A DNA stretch of 64,000 bases, taken from the NCBI GenBank assembly GCA_963735875.1, contig CAVTMO010000010.1, positions 27,095-91,094 of the forward strand, given 5' to 3'. The stretch is from an uncultured Acidobacteriota bacterium. Its GTDB lineage: Bacteria > Acidobacteriota > Vicinamibacteria > Vicinamibacterales > UBA2999. The stretch's first letter is position 1. Every line of letters begins with the position of its first letter. This document shows positions 50,960 to 61,054 of the stretch, piece by piece. The notes below the pieces were generated by a model. The model did no database searches. It was not told where the DNA came from and was given only the letters and a program-made list of their open reading frames with translations. The translations under genes and the position numbers were made by a program.

Positions 50960-52306
50960 TCACCGACCGTGCGTGCGCCGCACGCGCAGTCCGTGGGCGT
51001 CGGGTGCCTGCCCCGCCTGCTGCATCTCGTTGGTGAGCGGCACGATGGCCGCCAGCCGGCCGCGGCGGCCGCCGATGCCCACCTCGATGACGCCGAGCCC
51101 CGGCGTGCTGCCGGTGGCGTTGTGCGGGTCGCCGCTGAGCGGCACCGAGCCGCGCAGCGCCACGAACAGCCGATCGCCGAGCGGCGATCGATCCACCAGG
51201 TCGGGCGCCGGGTCGTCGCTCAGGCCTCCGGCGAGCTCGATGGTCTCCACCCATCGCCCGGTGAACGTGTCGAGGACCTCGGCGACGTTGCCGTGGCGAT
51301 CCAGCGCCCACAAGTGGCGGCCGAACCAGACCGAGGCGATCCCGTGCGAGTCGGCCATGCCCGACTTGCTCAGCAGCAGCGTCGGCGCCGGCGTGTTCGG
51401 CAGCGCCAGCGCCGAGTAGCCGTGCAGCGGAAAGCGGTAGACGTCGAAGCCGTAGAGCGCCGGGTGGTGCGGGTCGGTGCCCGAGACGTTGACCGGGCTG
51501 CCGCCCGAGTTCACGTACATGTGGCCGCCCACCTCGATGGCCCCGCAGCCGTTCCCCTTCACCGTCGCCTGGTCGTAGGCCGCCAGGATCGTCATCGGCG
51601 TGGCCCGCGGGTCCACCACGAAGAGCCCGCCGCCGCGCAGGGTGATGAAGCCAAGCCGGCTGGAGCTGTCCACCGCCGAGCAGATCGGCCAGTTGATCGG
51701 CCGCAGATCCGGGTGTTCGCACGCCTGACCCGACGGCGTCTTGCACGTCGCCAGATCGAGGGTGGCAGCCAGGTTGTGGGTGAACGTGTTGGTAGCGAAG
51801 TTGGCGTCGATGCGCTCGAGCCGCTTGCCGTTCTGGTTGGCGACCAGGATGAACGAGCCGTCCGGGGACGGGTAGGCGGCATGCGCCTGCCGGGTGCCGG
51901 TGCTGCCAATGGTCGTCTCCAGGCACGCCACCGGCGTCTTCGACTCGCCCTCGAACACCACCACGTGGCCGCTGGCGACGAACGAGATCACGGCGTGGCT
52001 GTGCTCGCGGTTGAAGAGGATCATGTGCGGCCGCACGGGATTGCGGCCGGTGGCAGCCCGGCATAGATCGGCGGTTGCCGCACCCAGGTCGATCCGCGCA
52101 ATCGGCTCGGCCGCCGCGGCCCGTCGGCCGCGCAGGTCGTCGCCGTCGTAGATCAGGAGCTGGCCGCCGAAGCCGGGACGGGTATCCGACTGGTCGGCCA
52201 TCCAGACTTCGAACTCCCGGGCGCCGAACAGTGCGGAAGAGCTCGTGGAGGCGATGACGAATGCGACCGCGATCGCCGCCGTGAGACGGCGCTGCTGCTG
52301 GGACAT
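50960..52306 (-). CDS. Secreted YncE-like beta-propeller protein
   Basis: Signal peptide; blade-like motifs RPHMILF, QAHAAYPSPDG, DSHGI, APDLVD.SPLGDRLFVALRG, DAHGL. Confidence 0.7.
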   Translation of the reverse strand: MSQQQRRLTAAIAVAFVIASTSSSALFGAREFEVWMADQSDTRPGFGGQLLIYDGDDLRGRRAAAAEPIARIDLGAATADLCRAATGRNPVRPHMILFNREHSHAVISFVASGHVVVFEGESKTPVACLETTIGSTGTRQAHAAYPSPDGSFILVANQNGKRLERIDANFATNTFTHNLAATLDLATCKTPSGQACEHPDLRPINWPICSAVDSSSRLGFITLRGGGLFVVDPRATPMTILAAYDQATVKGNGCGAIEVGGHMYVNSGGSPVNVSGTDPHHPALYGFDVYRFPLHGYSALALPNTPAPTLLLSKSGMADSHGIASVWFGRHLWALDRHGNVAEVLDTFTGRWVETIELAGGLSDDPAPDLVDRSPLGDRLFVALRGSVPLSGDPHNATGSTPGLGVIEVGIGGRRGRLAAIVPLTNEMQQAGQAPDAHGLRVRRTHGR

Positions 52307-52446
52307 GAGACCTCCTCGTCGGCCCGGTCGTCGTGGGCCTGATTCGGAGGGGAGCCGGCGGCAGCATACGCCACGCCGGTGTGAAAAGCAGGCGCGATCG
52401 TCAGCTCAACCGTAGACCGGCGGCGCAGTGCCGCGGCGTGCCTCGC

Positions 52447-54200
52447 TCAAGACGTCGGCTTCGCCTGTCCGCTGACCGGGAACGGATAGCCCTGGGCCAG
52501 TGCGGCGTCGAGCGTGCGGTCGTGGCCGTAGATGTCCTCGACGAAGTGGGCCTCGTCTTCCGAGTTCACGTGCACGGTGGCGTAGAAGATCACCACCGTC
52601 AGCTTCTGCTTGAGGTTGACGCGGGTCGGCCGCTCGCCCTGCATCGCCTTGTCGATGCGCTCGCGGGTCCACTCCGGCTGGTCGCGCAGGACCCACTCGG
52701 CGAAGCGCGCCGGGTCTTCGAGGCGGATGCAGCCGTGGCTGAGGTCGCGGCGGGTCCGCGCGAAGAGCGCCGTCGCCGGCGTGCCGTGCATGTAGACGTC
52801 GTCGGTGTTGGGGAAGATGAACTTGGCCAGGCCGAGCGAGTTGCGCGGGCCGGGCTTCTGGCGGATGAACAGGCGCCCGGAGACCACCTTGGCGAGGTTG
52901 TCGGGCGTCGGCGGCAGGGCCGCGGCATCGTCGGCGCCACTGGCCACGATCTCGAGCTGCTCGCGGTTGAAGTAGCTCGGGTCGCGGCGAATGTGCGGGA
53001 TGAGCTCCTGCACCGTGATGCCGCGCGGCGGATTCCAGTAAGGCCGGAAAATCACGTACTCCATCTGCTCGACGAAGATCGGCGTGCGGTGGTTGAGCGA
53101 TTTGCCGACCACGATGTCCATCCGCAGCGGCTCCTCACCGGTGGTCGGGTCGGTGGCCCACAGGCGGAAGAGCGCCACGTTGACGAAGATGTTGGGCCGG
53201 TCGCTCAGCGTCGGCAGCCAGCGCATGCGCTCCATCGACAGCTGGATCTGCCGGATGCGATCGGCGAGCGGGACGTTGACCATGCGGATCGTGCCCGGGC
53301 CGATCACGCCGTCGGCATCCAGGCCGTGGCGACGTTGGAAGCGCTTCACGGCGTCGACGATCGGCCCGCTGTATCTCGGGGGATCGCTCTCGCCAATCGC
53401 GGCATCGGCCGGCAGGTCGCCGAGGGTGCGCAAACGGGCGGCCAGCTGCGGCACGCCGGCCCAGCCGCCGCCGGGCTCGACCTTGCGGACGTTTCCCGCC
53501 AGCTCGGGCACGGTGGGCGGCTCACCCTTCGTCAGCAGGTCGCGGTAGAGCCCGGCCATGCGGCGGGCACGGCGATAGTGGGGAAACGGCGGCTGGAGTG
53601 CTTCGAGCTCGTCGCTCAGCCCGCGCTCGCCGCGAGCGGCCTGCAGCGCAGCCACGAGATCGATGGTCTTGGTGGCGACCTCGTACCCCCACAGCATCGT
53701 CTTGGGGTCGACGCGGCCCTTGTGCACCGCCGTGGCCATGCGTGCCGCGGCGACGCTGACGGCCAGATCGAACAGGGCGAGGTCCGGACCGGCCTCGCCG
53801 TCGGCCTCGATCGCCTTCCACTGCGCCGCCAGCGCCTCGGCGTCGTAATCCCTGGGGTCGAGCCCGTGGTCGGCGGCGCCGGCAATGGCGGTGATCGCGC
53901 CAGTCGAGACTCGGCACCGGCCGGGTGCCGTCGAACCACAGCAGGCGATCGGCCTCACCGTCGTAGAGCGCCTTCAACGTCGCGACGACGTCGGGGAATC
54001 TGTCCCCAGGTCAGCCCGGGGTGCACCCCCTTGGCGAGCACCTCGTCCACCGTGGCGGTGACCTCGGTGTCGGCGGTGGCCGCCACGGGTGCGGGCGGCT
54101 CGGCCGACGACGACACCGGCCCGGCCGGCGGATCGGGCGGGCGGTCCGTGCGACAGGACACGGCGGCGCCAGCGAGCACCATCACCACGAGGGCCACACA
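52447..54200 (-). CDS. L,D-transpeptidase, YcbB/LdtD-like lipoprotein (frameshifts; start unresolved)
   Basis: Lipobox AVS-C; HGLDPRDY, PG-binding AVKRFQRRHGLDADGVIG, MERMRW, PYWNPP, YMHGTP...LSHGCIRL. Confidence 0.88.
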
Positions 54201-54219
54201 TAGCCGTGTGTGGTATCGT
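54194..54219 (+). promoter_or_regulatory. vapBC operator and extended -10 (probably leaderless)
   Basis: Perfect dyad CCACACA-N6-TGTGTGG overlapping TGgTATCGT, which ends 6 nt before ATG 54226. Confidence 0.6.
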
Positions 54220-54225
54220 GTGTGA

Positions 54226-54426
54226 ATGGCGACCAACCTGGCGCTCGACGAGAAGCTTCTGGAGGAGGCGTTACGCATCGGCGGAAAGGCCACGAAGAAG
54301 GATACCGTGACCGAGGCGCTGCAGGAGTACATCGGCCGCCGGAAGCAGGCCCGCGTCGTCGACCTCTTCGGCACCATCGACTACGAACCGAAACACGACT
54401 ACAAGAAGCAGCGCCGGCGGCGATGA
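54226..54426 (+). CDS. vapB: VapB antitoxin
   Basis: MATNLALDEKLLEEA...TKKDTVTEALQEYI, ribbon-helix-helix type; ATGA overlap with the PIN gene. Confidence 0.9.
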   Translation: MATNLALDEKLLEEALRIGGKATKKDTVTEALQEYIGRRKQARVVDLFGTIDYEPKHDYKKQRRRR

Positions 54427-54826
54427 AGGTCCTGGTCGACACCTCGGTCTGGTCGCTGGCCTGCGGCGGCGCGCACCGGCCCACGCGGCTGTCGATGAGC
54501 TTCGCCGGCTGGTGGCGAGTGGACGAGCGGCGCTCGTCGGCCCGGTGCGGCAAGAGCTGCTCTGCGGGATTCGCGATCAGGCGGACTTTTCGCGCCTGCG
54601 GGATCACCTCAGGGCGTTTCCCGACGAGCCCATCGCCACCGGCGACTACGAACGCGCCGCCGAGTGCTTCAATTTGTGCCGGGTGAAGGGCGTCCAGGGT
54701 TCGAACACCGACTTCCTGCTGTGCGCGGTGGCCGAACGACACGGGCTGCCGATCCTGACCACCGACGAAGACTTCGCGCAGTTCGCCCGGGTACTGCCGA
54801 TCGCCCTGCATTCGCTGCGCCACTGA
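54423..54826 (+). CDS. vapC: VapC PIN-domain toxin (frameshifted)
   Basis: MKVLVDTSVWS, QELLCG, TDFLLCAVA, ILTTDEDF. Confidence 0.88.
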
Positions 54827-54919
54827 TCATCGCTCCACGGCACTCAGAACGGCCTGTACGAGGTGCCATGTCATGCCACCTCCGCGGGCCGATGGTAGCA
54901 AGCCGAGGCTCGCGGAACA

Positions 54920-56005
54920 CTAGCGGCGCTCGCGCGACCGCGGCGCCAGCCGTGCGCCCGGCGCCGTGCGCCGCCACGACGCCGGGGCGACGCCGCTGTA
55001 GCGCTTGAACGCCCGGCTGAAGGCGGCTTCCGAGTCGTAGCCCACCTCCTGCGCGATCGCCGCCACGGTGCGGGCGGGATCTTCCAGCCGCGCCGCCGCC
55101 AGCTGCATGCGCCAGCCCGCCAGGTAGTGCATCGGCGACAGGCCCGTGAAGTGCACGAAGCGCTCGGCGAGCACCGAACGGGAGGCGCCGGCGTCGTGCG
55201 CCAGCTGCTCGAGCGTCCAGCGTCCCGCCGGCTGCGCGTGCAGTCGCGCCAGGACGCGGCCGACGACCGGATCCCGCAACCCGCCGAGCCAGCCGCTGGC
55301 GGCGGCCGGCGATGCGATCAAGTGGGCGCGCACCACTTCAACGAACACCAGCTCGGCAATCCGCAGCAGCACCGACTGGCTGCCCGCTGCTCGATCGCGC
55401 GACTCGGCCAGCGCGAAGTCGACGAGCCGGGCGAGACGGTCGCTGGACGCGTCGGCGGTCGGCAGCCGCACCCGCACCAGCGGCGGCAGCGTGGCCAGCA
55501 CCGGATTGAACGGCAGCGCGTCGCAGCCGAGGAAGCCGCACACGATCCCGATGCGCTCGGGGCCGCCGCCTCCCTCCTCGACGATGAGCGGCAGGCGCCC
55601 CGACGACATGTCGCGGAACCACCCCAGCGTGTCGGCATCGCTGAGACCGCTGCGCAGACCGGGTTCGCTGGTGAGCGCGTACGCCTGACCATGGGGGACG
55701 ACCAGCACGTCCCCGGCTTCGAGCCGCATCGGCGGCTCGCCGGGCGACTCGCACCAGCAGGCACCGGCGCGGATGACGTGATACGACACGACGTGCTGCA
55801 CCCGGGGCAGGAGCACCGGCCCGAGCACCGGTGAGGACGGGGCCTCGGCGACCCACGGCGTGGAGGCGTCGACGAGGAAGAACAGCGCGCCAGTGAGGCG
55901 CACCGTCTCGAGCACGTCCGAGAGGGTGTCGGCGGCGGTCAGGGCGACCGCAGGTTCGGCAGCGGGAGCAGGCAATCCGGACGCGCGGTCATGGTGCGCA
56001 CCCAT
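54920..56005 (-). CDS. AraC-family regulator with Cupin_6 domain
   Basis: DTLSDVL, GWLGGLRDP, WTLEQLA...SRSVLAERF, VGYDSEAAFSRAFKR. Confidence 0.92.
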   Translation of the reverse strand: MGAHHDRASGLPAPAAEPAVALTAADTLSDVLETVRLTGALFFLVDASTPWVAEAPSSPVLGPVLLPRVQHVVSYHVIRAGACWCESPGEPPMRLEAGDVLVVPHGQAYALTSEPGLRSGLSDADTLGWFRDMSSGRLPLIVEEGGGGPERIGIVCGFLGCDALPFNPVLATLPPLVRVRLPTADASSDRLARLVDFALAESRDRAAGSQSVLLRIAELVFVEVVRAHLIASPAAASGWLGGLRDPVVGRVLARLHAQPAGRWTLEQLAHDAGASRSVLAERFVHFTGLSPMHYLAGWRMQLAAARLEDPARTVAAIAQEVGYDSEAAFSRAFKRYSGVAPASWRRTAPGARLAPRSRERR

Positions 56006-56049
56006 GGGGCCATCCTACACTGCGCCCTCCGATCAACCAGGAGGGGCGT

Positions 56050-56876
56050 ATGTCGAGTTACAGCCCGGCGGCGGAGGGATGGCAGGTCGACGGCGACGGC
56101 GCCGACGCTTACGAGCGATACCTGGGGCGCGCCTTCGTGCCCTGGGCCCGGCGCCTGGTCGAGCAAGCCGAGGTACAGCCAGGGGATCGCGTGCTCGACG
56201 TGGCGTGCGGCACCGGCGTGGTGGCACGGCAGGCGGCGGCGCGAGTCGGCCCGACCGGGCAGGTCGTCGGCCTCGACATCAACGACGACATGTTGCGCGT
56301 GGCCCGAACGACTACGGCGGCGGTCGCACCGGCGCATCGAGTGGCGACAGGGCAACGTCGCGAGCCTGCCCTTCCCCGCCGCCAGCTTCGATGCCGTGGT
56401 CTGCCAGCAGGCGTTCCAGTTCTTCGCCGATCCCGTCGCCGCCGCGCGGGAGATCGGCCGCGTGGTGAAGAAGGGCGGACGCCTGGCCGTCAGCGTGTGC
56501 CGGCCGATCCGCTTCGCGCCGACCTATGTCGCGCTGGCCGACGCTGCTGCACCGCCATGTGGGCAGCGACGCGGGCGCCATGATGCGATCGCCCTTTGCG
56601 CCGTGGACCACCGCGGAGTTCCGCGCGCTGTTCACGGCGGCGGGATGGACGTCCGTGCGGGCGACGATCGAGGTCTGGCCGCTGCGCTACCCGTCCTCGG
56701 ACGAGTTCCTCCGCCAGGAAGCCTCGAGCTCGCCGCTGGCCGGCCCGATCGACGCGCTGGAGCCCGAGCGGCGCGACGCTCTGCTTCGCGATCTCGCCGC
56801 GGCCGTCGCCGATCACGTGGACGACGACGGCGTCGCCTGTCCGATCCAGGTGTATGTCGGCGTCGGGCATCGATGA
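56050..56876 (+). CDS. UbiE-like SAM-dependent methyltransferase (two frameshifts)
   Basis: AGGAGG RBS; RVLDVACGTG, GLDIN, LPFPAASFDAVVCQQ; divergent from the AraC gene. Confidence 0.85.
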
Positions 56877-56996
56877 GGCCCGAAACGTCACGGGACGCGG
56901 GCGGCCATCGTGACCGCCGCCACGACCGATTTCGCAGTCGCGGGGAATTTTCCGCTCGCCGGCGTCCCGACACGCGCCGACGCGGTGCCCGGACCC

Positions 56997-57012
56997 AGGC
57001 TCACGTCTTGCA
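56997..57012 (+). promoter_or_regulatory. Sigma54 promoter
   Basis: AGGCTC-ACGTC-TTGCA, GG-N10-GC; GGGGAATTTTCCGC at 56942-56955 upstream. Confidence 0.5.
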
Positions 57013-57023
57013 CTGCCCTGGTC

Positions 57024-57897
57024 GTGGGTCCATCTGCGTTTGCTATCGTCGTCGCGGTGCTGCTGCTGTTGGTGGTCGCTAACTACTGGTTCACGAAGGG
57101 ACCGCGCAGCTTCCGGGCACGGTTCGACCACGACGTGGCGGCGGGTCTGGCACGTCAGAGCCCGACAGCCGTGGTGACGGAGCAGGATCTCGTCCGCCTT
57201 CCCCCGCCGGTCGGACGATACCTTCGCGCTCTCGGCGTTGTCGGACAGCCCGCGATCCGGCACTACCGGCTGCGCTTCACCGGCCGCATCCGCAGCACGC
57301 CCGACTCGCCATGGATGCCGTTCGAGGCCGACCAGCACAGCTTCACCGACCCGCCAACCCGGCTGTTCCTGATGCGCGCGACGATGTCGGGCCTGCCGGT
57401 GATCGTCTTTCACCGCCTGGCCGGCGGTCACGCGACGATGCAGGTCAAGCTGGCCGGCGCGATTCCGATCGTCGATGCCAGCGGCCCGGAAATGGACCAG
57501 TCGGAGACGGTCACGCTGTTCAACGACATGTGCCTGCTGGCGCCCGCGACGCTGATCGATCCGCGCATTGCCTGGGATGAGGAGAGCGACCGAAGTCGTG
57601 CGCGCCAGGTTCACCCACGGCGCGCACACGATCGCCGCCACCCTGGAGTTCGGCGACGACGGCCGGCTCGTCAACTTCGTGTCCGACGACCGCTCGCGGG
57701 CGTCATCCGACGGCCGGTCGTTCACCCGCCTGCGCTTCTCGACGCCGGTCCGCGACTATCGGGACTTCGGCGCGATTCGCGTCGCGGCTCACGGCGAGGC
57801 GCGGTGGCGACTCCCCGAGGGCGAGTTCACCTACGGCGAGTTCGACATCGAGGACATCGCCTACAACGACGACCCAGGCGGCGGTCAGAAGCGGTAG
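57024..57897 (+). CDS. DUF6544-family membrane-anchored protein (frameshift near 57590)
   Basis: TM, then DL..LPPPVGRYL, WMPFEADQ, GPEMDQSETVTLFND, FVSDDR. Start GTG 57024 (or 56910). Confidence 0.75.
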
Positions 57898-60077
57898 GTC
57901 AGGCGGACGAACCCCACGTGGGCGGTGTAGGGCCGATACAGGTAGCCGAGCAACAGCGCGTTGGTGGCAACCACCGGCTGGCCCTCCTGTACCGGGGGCA
58001 AGGCGATGCCGGTCAGCGTCGTCGGTCCCAGCGCGAAGTCCTCCACTTGGTAGTCTTCGAACCAGTAGCTCACGCCGGCGAGCAGGTTGCGGGACAGCTC
58101 GTAGGTGAGGTCGATCTCGCCGCGGAACAGCTCGTTCTTCACCGGGGGCAGCTGCTCGGGCGTCGCCAGCGGCGATCCCGTGACCAGGCCGTAGAGATAG
58201 GTGTCGTTCGACCGGTTCCAATCCACCGTCAGCCGCATCAGCGTGCGGGCGATCGCGCCGTTCACGTCCACAGCGGCTTCGAGGTAGTTCACCTTGCCGG
58301 CATAGTCGGTCGTCCAGTCGCGCAGCGGATTGGCCTGATCGGCCGCCGTCGTGGCACTGCGTGAGCGCTGCAGCGATCGATACCGTTCCCAGCCGTAGCT
58401 CGCCGACAGCTGGTAGCGATCGTCGGGCGTCACCGAGACGCCGGCCGAGTACTGGTTCGAGTCGTAGGACTGCAGGCCGTGCGGGCTGTCGGGATAGTCG
58501 TCCCGGCCCACCCCGGCCGAGGCGGTCACGCCGAAGATCCCGCCGGGGATCAGGTTGGCGACCAGCCACAACCGCTGGCGATCGCGGTCGGCAACGTCGA
58601 AGTGGCGCATGCCAGCCAGCTCGCCCACTTCCTCCAGCACCTCGGGCTCGAAGTGATCGCCGGTGCGGCTGCGGTTCTCGTAGATGGCGCGCACCGTCAC
58701 CAGCTGGTGGCCGGTGAGGTCGGTCGACACCCGGAACACGTCCTCGGCGGTGGTCTCCCAGATGCGATGCGTGTAGTCGGAGCCAAGATGGCTGTAGCCC
58801 AGCTTGACTGCGGTCGAGGGCAGCACCTGCACGGCGGCATCGGCGTCGAAGGTGACGCGCTTGACGCTGAAGTACTCCGAGGATGCTGCGGTGGGCGTGA
58901 ACGATGAGTCGTAGGCCACCGAACCGCCGGGCCGATCGAACACGGGGGTGTCGGCATCGACGTTCGAGTAGCGATACCTGGCGTTGATCGACAGTGGCCG
59001 GACGGGACGCGTCGCCAGCGTCAGCTGGGCGATCGACATCTGGTGCTCGGCCTGGGCGGTGGGGCGCGACAGTGGGATGGGTGCGAACGCTGTGTTGATC
59101 GTGTAGGGCAGAAGGTCGGCGTCGCTGCGACCGCGGCCGAGCGCCACGTAACCGGTGAGCCGGCCGCGCAGGGGAACGCTGACGGCGCCGGTGCCGTGCA
59201 GGTAGGTGAGCGTGTTGGCCGGCCAGAGCGCCATGCGCCCCTGCGACGGGGTGCCGACGATGTCGGGACCAAAGCGCAGCGGGTTGTCCCAGATGGCGCT
59301 GTCGGTGTCGGGTTCGTAGCTCGATCCGTCCCAGCCGATGCGCAGCATTCCCGACTGGTTGCCCCATTCGAGCGCGGTCTGGACGTCGGCGGTCCGGCTG
59401 TCAACGGGCACTGGCAGCTCGACGGCGTTGTTGAAGCCGAAGGTACCGCCGAAGGGGATGGCGCCCGTCCGGGAGGTGCCTCGCACCTTGACCACGATAT
59501 CGGTCGAGCGGTCGGCATTGAACACGATGTCGGCCTGGCCAATCTTGCGCATGGTCCTCAGCTCGAAGCCCACCGCCTGGTCTTCGAAGTCGCGCAGGGT
59601 CTTCGTGCCGCTCTGGATGGCCTGCTGCGTCGCGTCCTCGATGCGGAACACTCCGGCGGCCGGCTGTGTGTAGAGCGTACGGGTGTCGCCGCTGATGAAC
59701 AGCGGAATCTGATCCCAGAGGAACGTCGCCGACAGCCGGCCGGCGCGCTGGACGTCGAGCTGGTAGCGCTGATCGCGATAGCCCACGTTCCAGGCCTGCG
59801 CCTCGACCACCCAGTCCTGGGTGCGGCGCCCGGCCAGCATGTTCGTGCCGTAGATGCCGCTGCGCAGGTCGCGATAGCGCTGGAAGCGCGCTTCGTCGCC
59901 GTCGACATTGCTGATGCGGCCGCCGAAGTCCACGGCGCCGTAGACCCGGCCGCTCAATTCGCTCCGGCCGACCGCCACCGGATCGGTGGGCGCCGGCAGC
60001 GAGGGCGGTTCCTGTGCGGTCGCGGTGCCGGCCGCGAGCACGACGAGGAGGGCCGTCAGCATGGTCCGGGTCTGCAC
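57885..60077 (-). CDS. MtrB/PioB-family decaheme-associated outer-membrane porin
   Basis: AGGAGG RBS and GTG 60077; signal peptide; about 730 aa amphipathic beta-strand protein with RFQRYRD, ELPVPVD, WDNP, FDVADRDR, terminal YRF; directly after the decaheme gene. Confidence 0.88.
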   Translation of the reverse strand: MQTRTMLTALLVVLAAGTATAQEPPSLPAPTDPVAVGRSELSGRVYGAVDFGGRISNVDGDEARFQRYRDLRSGIYGTNMLAGRRTQDWVVEAQAWNVGYRDQRYQLDVQRAGRLSATFLWDQIPLFISGDTRTLYTQPAAGVFRIEDATQQAIQSGTKTLRDFEDQAVGFELRTMRKIGQADIVFNADRSTDIVVKVRGTSRTGAIPFGGTFGFNNAVELPVPVDSRTADVQTALEWGNQSGMLRIGWDGSSYEPDTDSAIWDNPLRFGPDIVGTPSQGRMALWPANTLTYLHGTGAVSVPLRGRLTGYVALGRGRSDADLLPYTINTAFAPIPLSRPTAQAEHQMSIAQLTLATRPVRPLSINARYRYSNVDADTPVFDRPGGSVAYDSSFTPTAASSEYFSVKRVTFDADAAVQVLPSTAVKLGYSHLGSDYTHRIWETTAEDVFRVSTDLTGHQLVTVRAIYENRSRTGDHFEPEVLEEVGELAGMRHFDVADRDRQRLWLVANLIPGGIFGVTASAGVGRDDYPDSPHGLQSYDSNQYSAGVSVTPDDRYQLSASYGWERYRSLQRSRSATTAADQANPLRDWTTDYAGKVNYLEAAVDVNGAIARTLMRLTVDWNRSNDTYLYGLVTGSPLATPEQLPPVKNELFRGEIDLTYELSRNLLAGVSYWFEDYQVEDFALGPTTLTGIALPPVQEGQPVVATNALLLGYLYRPYTAHVGFVRLTYRF

Positions 60078-60088
60078 GGTGGGCCTCC

Positions 60089-61044
60089 TCACTGCCGCAG
60101 GAAGGTCGAACCGGCCGGGTGGTTCGAGCCGTGGATGGCCGAATGGCAGGTCACGCACGACCGGCCGTAGAGGCGGTTGCTGGTCTGCAGGACCTTGCCG
60201 TCGTAGATCGTCGAGGGATGGCGCGTGTGGTTGTGGCAGCGCTGGCACAAGAACGGCAGTTTGGCGACCAGCATCCGGTCGTTGTTCGAGCCGTGCGGGT
60301 CGTGGCAGGTGGCGCAGCTGTCGCCGCTGATGCCGGCGTGCTCGAACAGGTAGGGCCCGCGCTTCTCGGCGTGGCAGCTCGAGCACGCCTCGTTGATCGA
60401 ATTGCCCGTCTTCAGCAGCCGCACGTTGGTCGCGCCGTGCGGGTTGTGGCACGACGAGCACTCCATCTTGCCCTCGCGTACCGGCATGTGGCCGGAGCGA
60501 TCCAGCTTGGCCACCTTGTCGCGGTGGCAGGACATGCACTGCTGCTGCTGATCGACCGTCTTCAGCTGCGCCTTGGCTGACTTCGGCCGGTGCACGCTGT
60601 GGCAGCTGACGCACGACACGTTGCGCGCCTCGTGCTGGCTGCCCTTCCACAGCGCATGCGGTCCACGATTGTGGCAGGTCGCGCAGGCGTCGGTTACCGC
60701 CCGGGCCGGGATCCGATCGAACTGCACCGGCTTGACGTTCTCGGGATCGCTGGCGTGCGCCTCCCCCGGCCCGTGACAGGTCTCGCACCCTGAGCCGCCG
60801 CGGGCGTTCGCGGATCCTGCGCCTGGCCGTGCCTCGATGACCGGATCGAGGCGTCGTAGCCGGTGTGGCAGGTCGCGCAGGTCTCGGCGCCGACGTAGCC
60901 CGCTGGCGGCGTCGGCGGCGCCGTCTGGGCCTGGCCGCCGCCGGCGGCCATCGTCTCGACCGGCGTCGCCTGCATCGAGCGGGTGCCGATGACGCCGGCC
61001 AGCAGCACCGCCGCCACTACGTTCAGAACCGCGACTGGACGCAT
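60089..61044 (-). CDS. MtrA/PioA/DmsE-family decaheme cytochrome c (frameshift near 60790)
   Basis: Signal peptide; adding one G at CAG-GG(G)-TGC gives 10 CxxCH (CATCH, CETCH, CATCH, CVSCH, CMSCH, CSSCH, CSSCH, CATCH, CQRCH, CVTCH); family motifs EKRGPYLFEH and IHGSNHP. Confidence 0.93.
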
Positions 61045-61054
61045 GGCTCGCCTT

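Noticed and set aside
54855-54880. Sigma54 promoter (TGGCAT/TGGCAC on the minus strand)
   Set aside because: GG-to-GC spacing is 9 rather than 10 nt, or the -12 element is absent.
57885-60788. 967-aa porin with long N-terminal extension
   Set aside because: The first ~235 aa are an off-frame read of the decaheme gene; RBS and signal peptide place the start at 60077.
3125-61044. Many apparent pseudogenes or programmed frameshifts (ampG, nhaA, lacI, kaiC, ldt, vapC, mtrA-like and others)
   Set aside because: Scattered single-base indels with motifs preserved on both sides, affecting all gene classes; best explained as long-read consensus errors.
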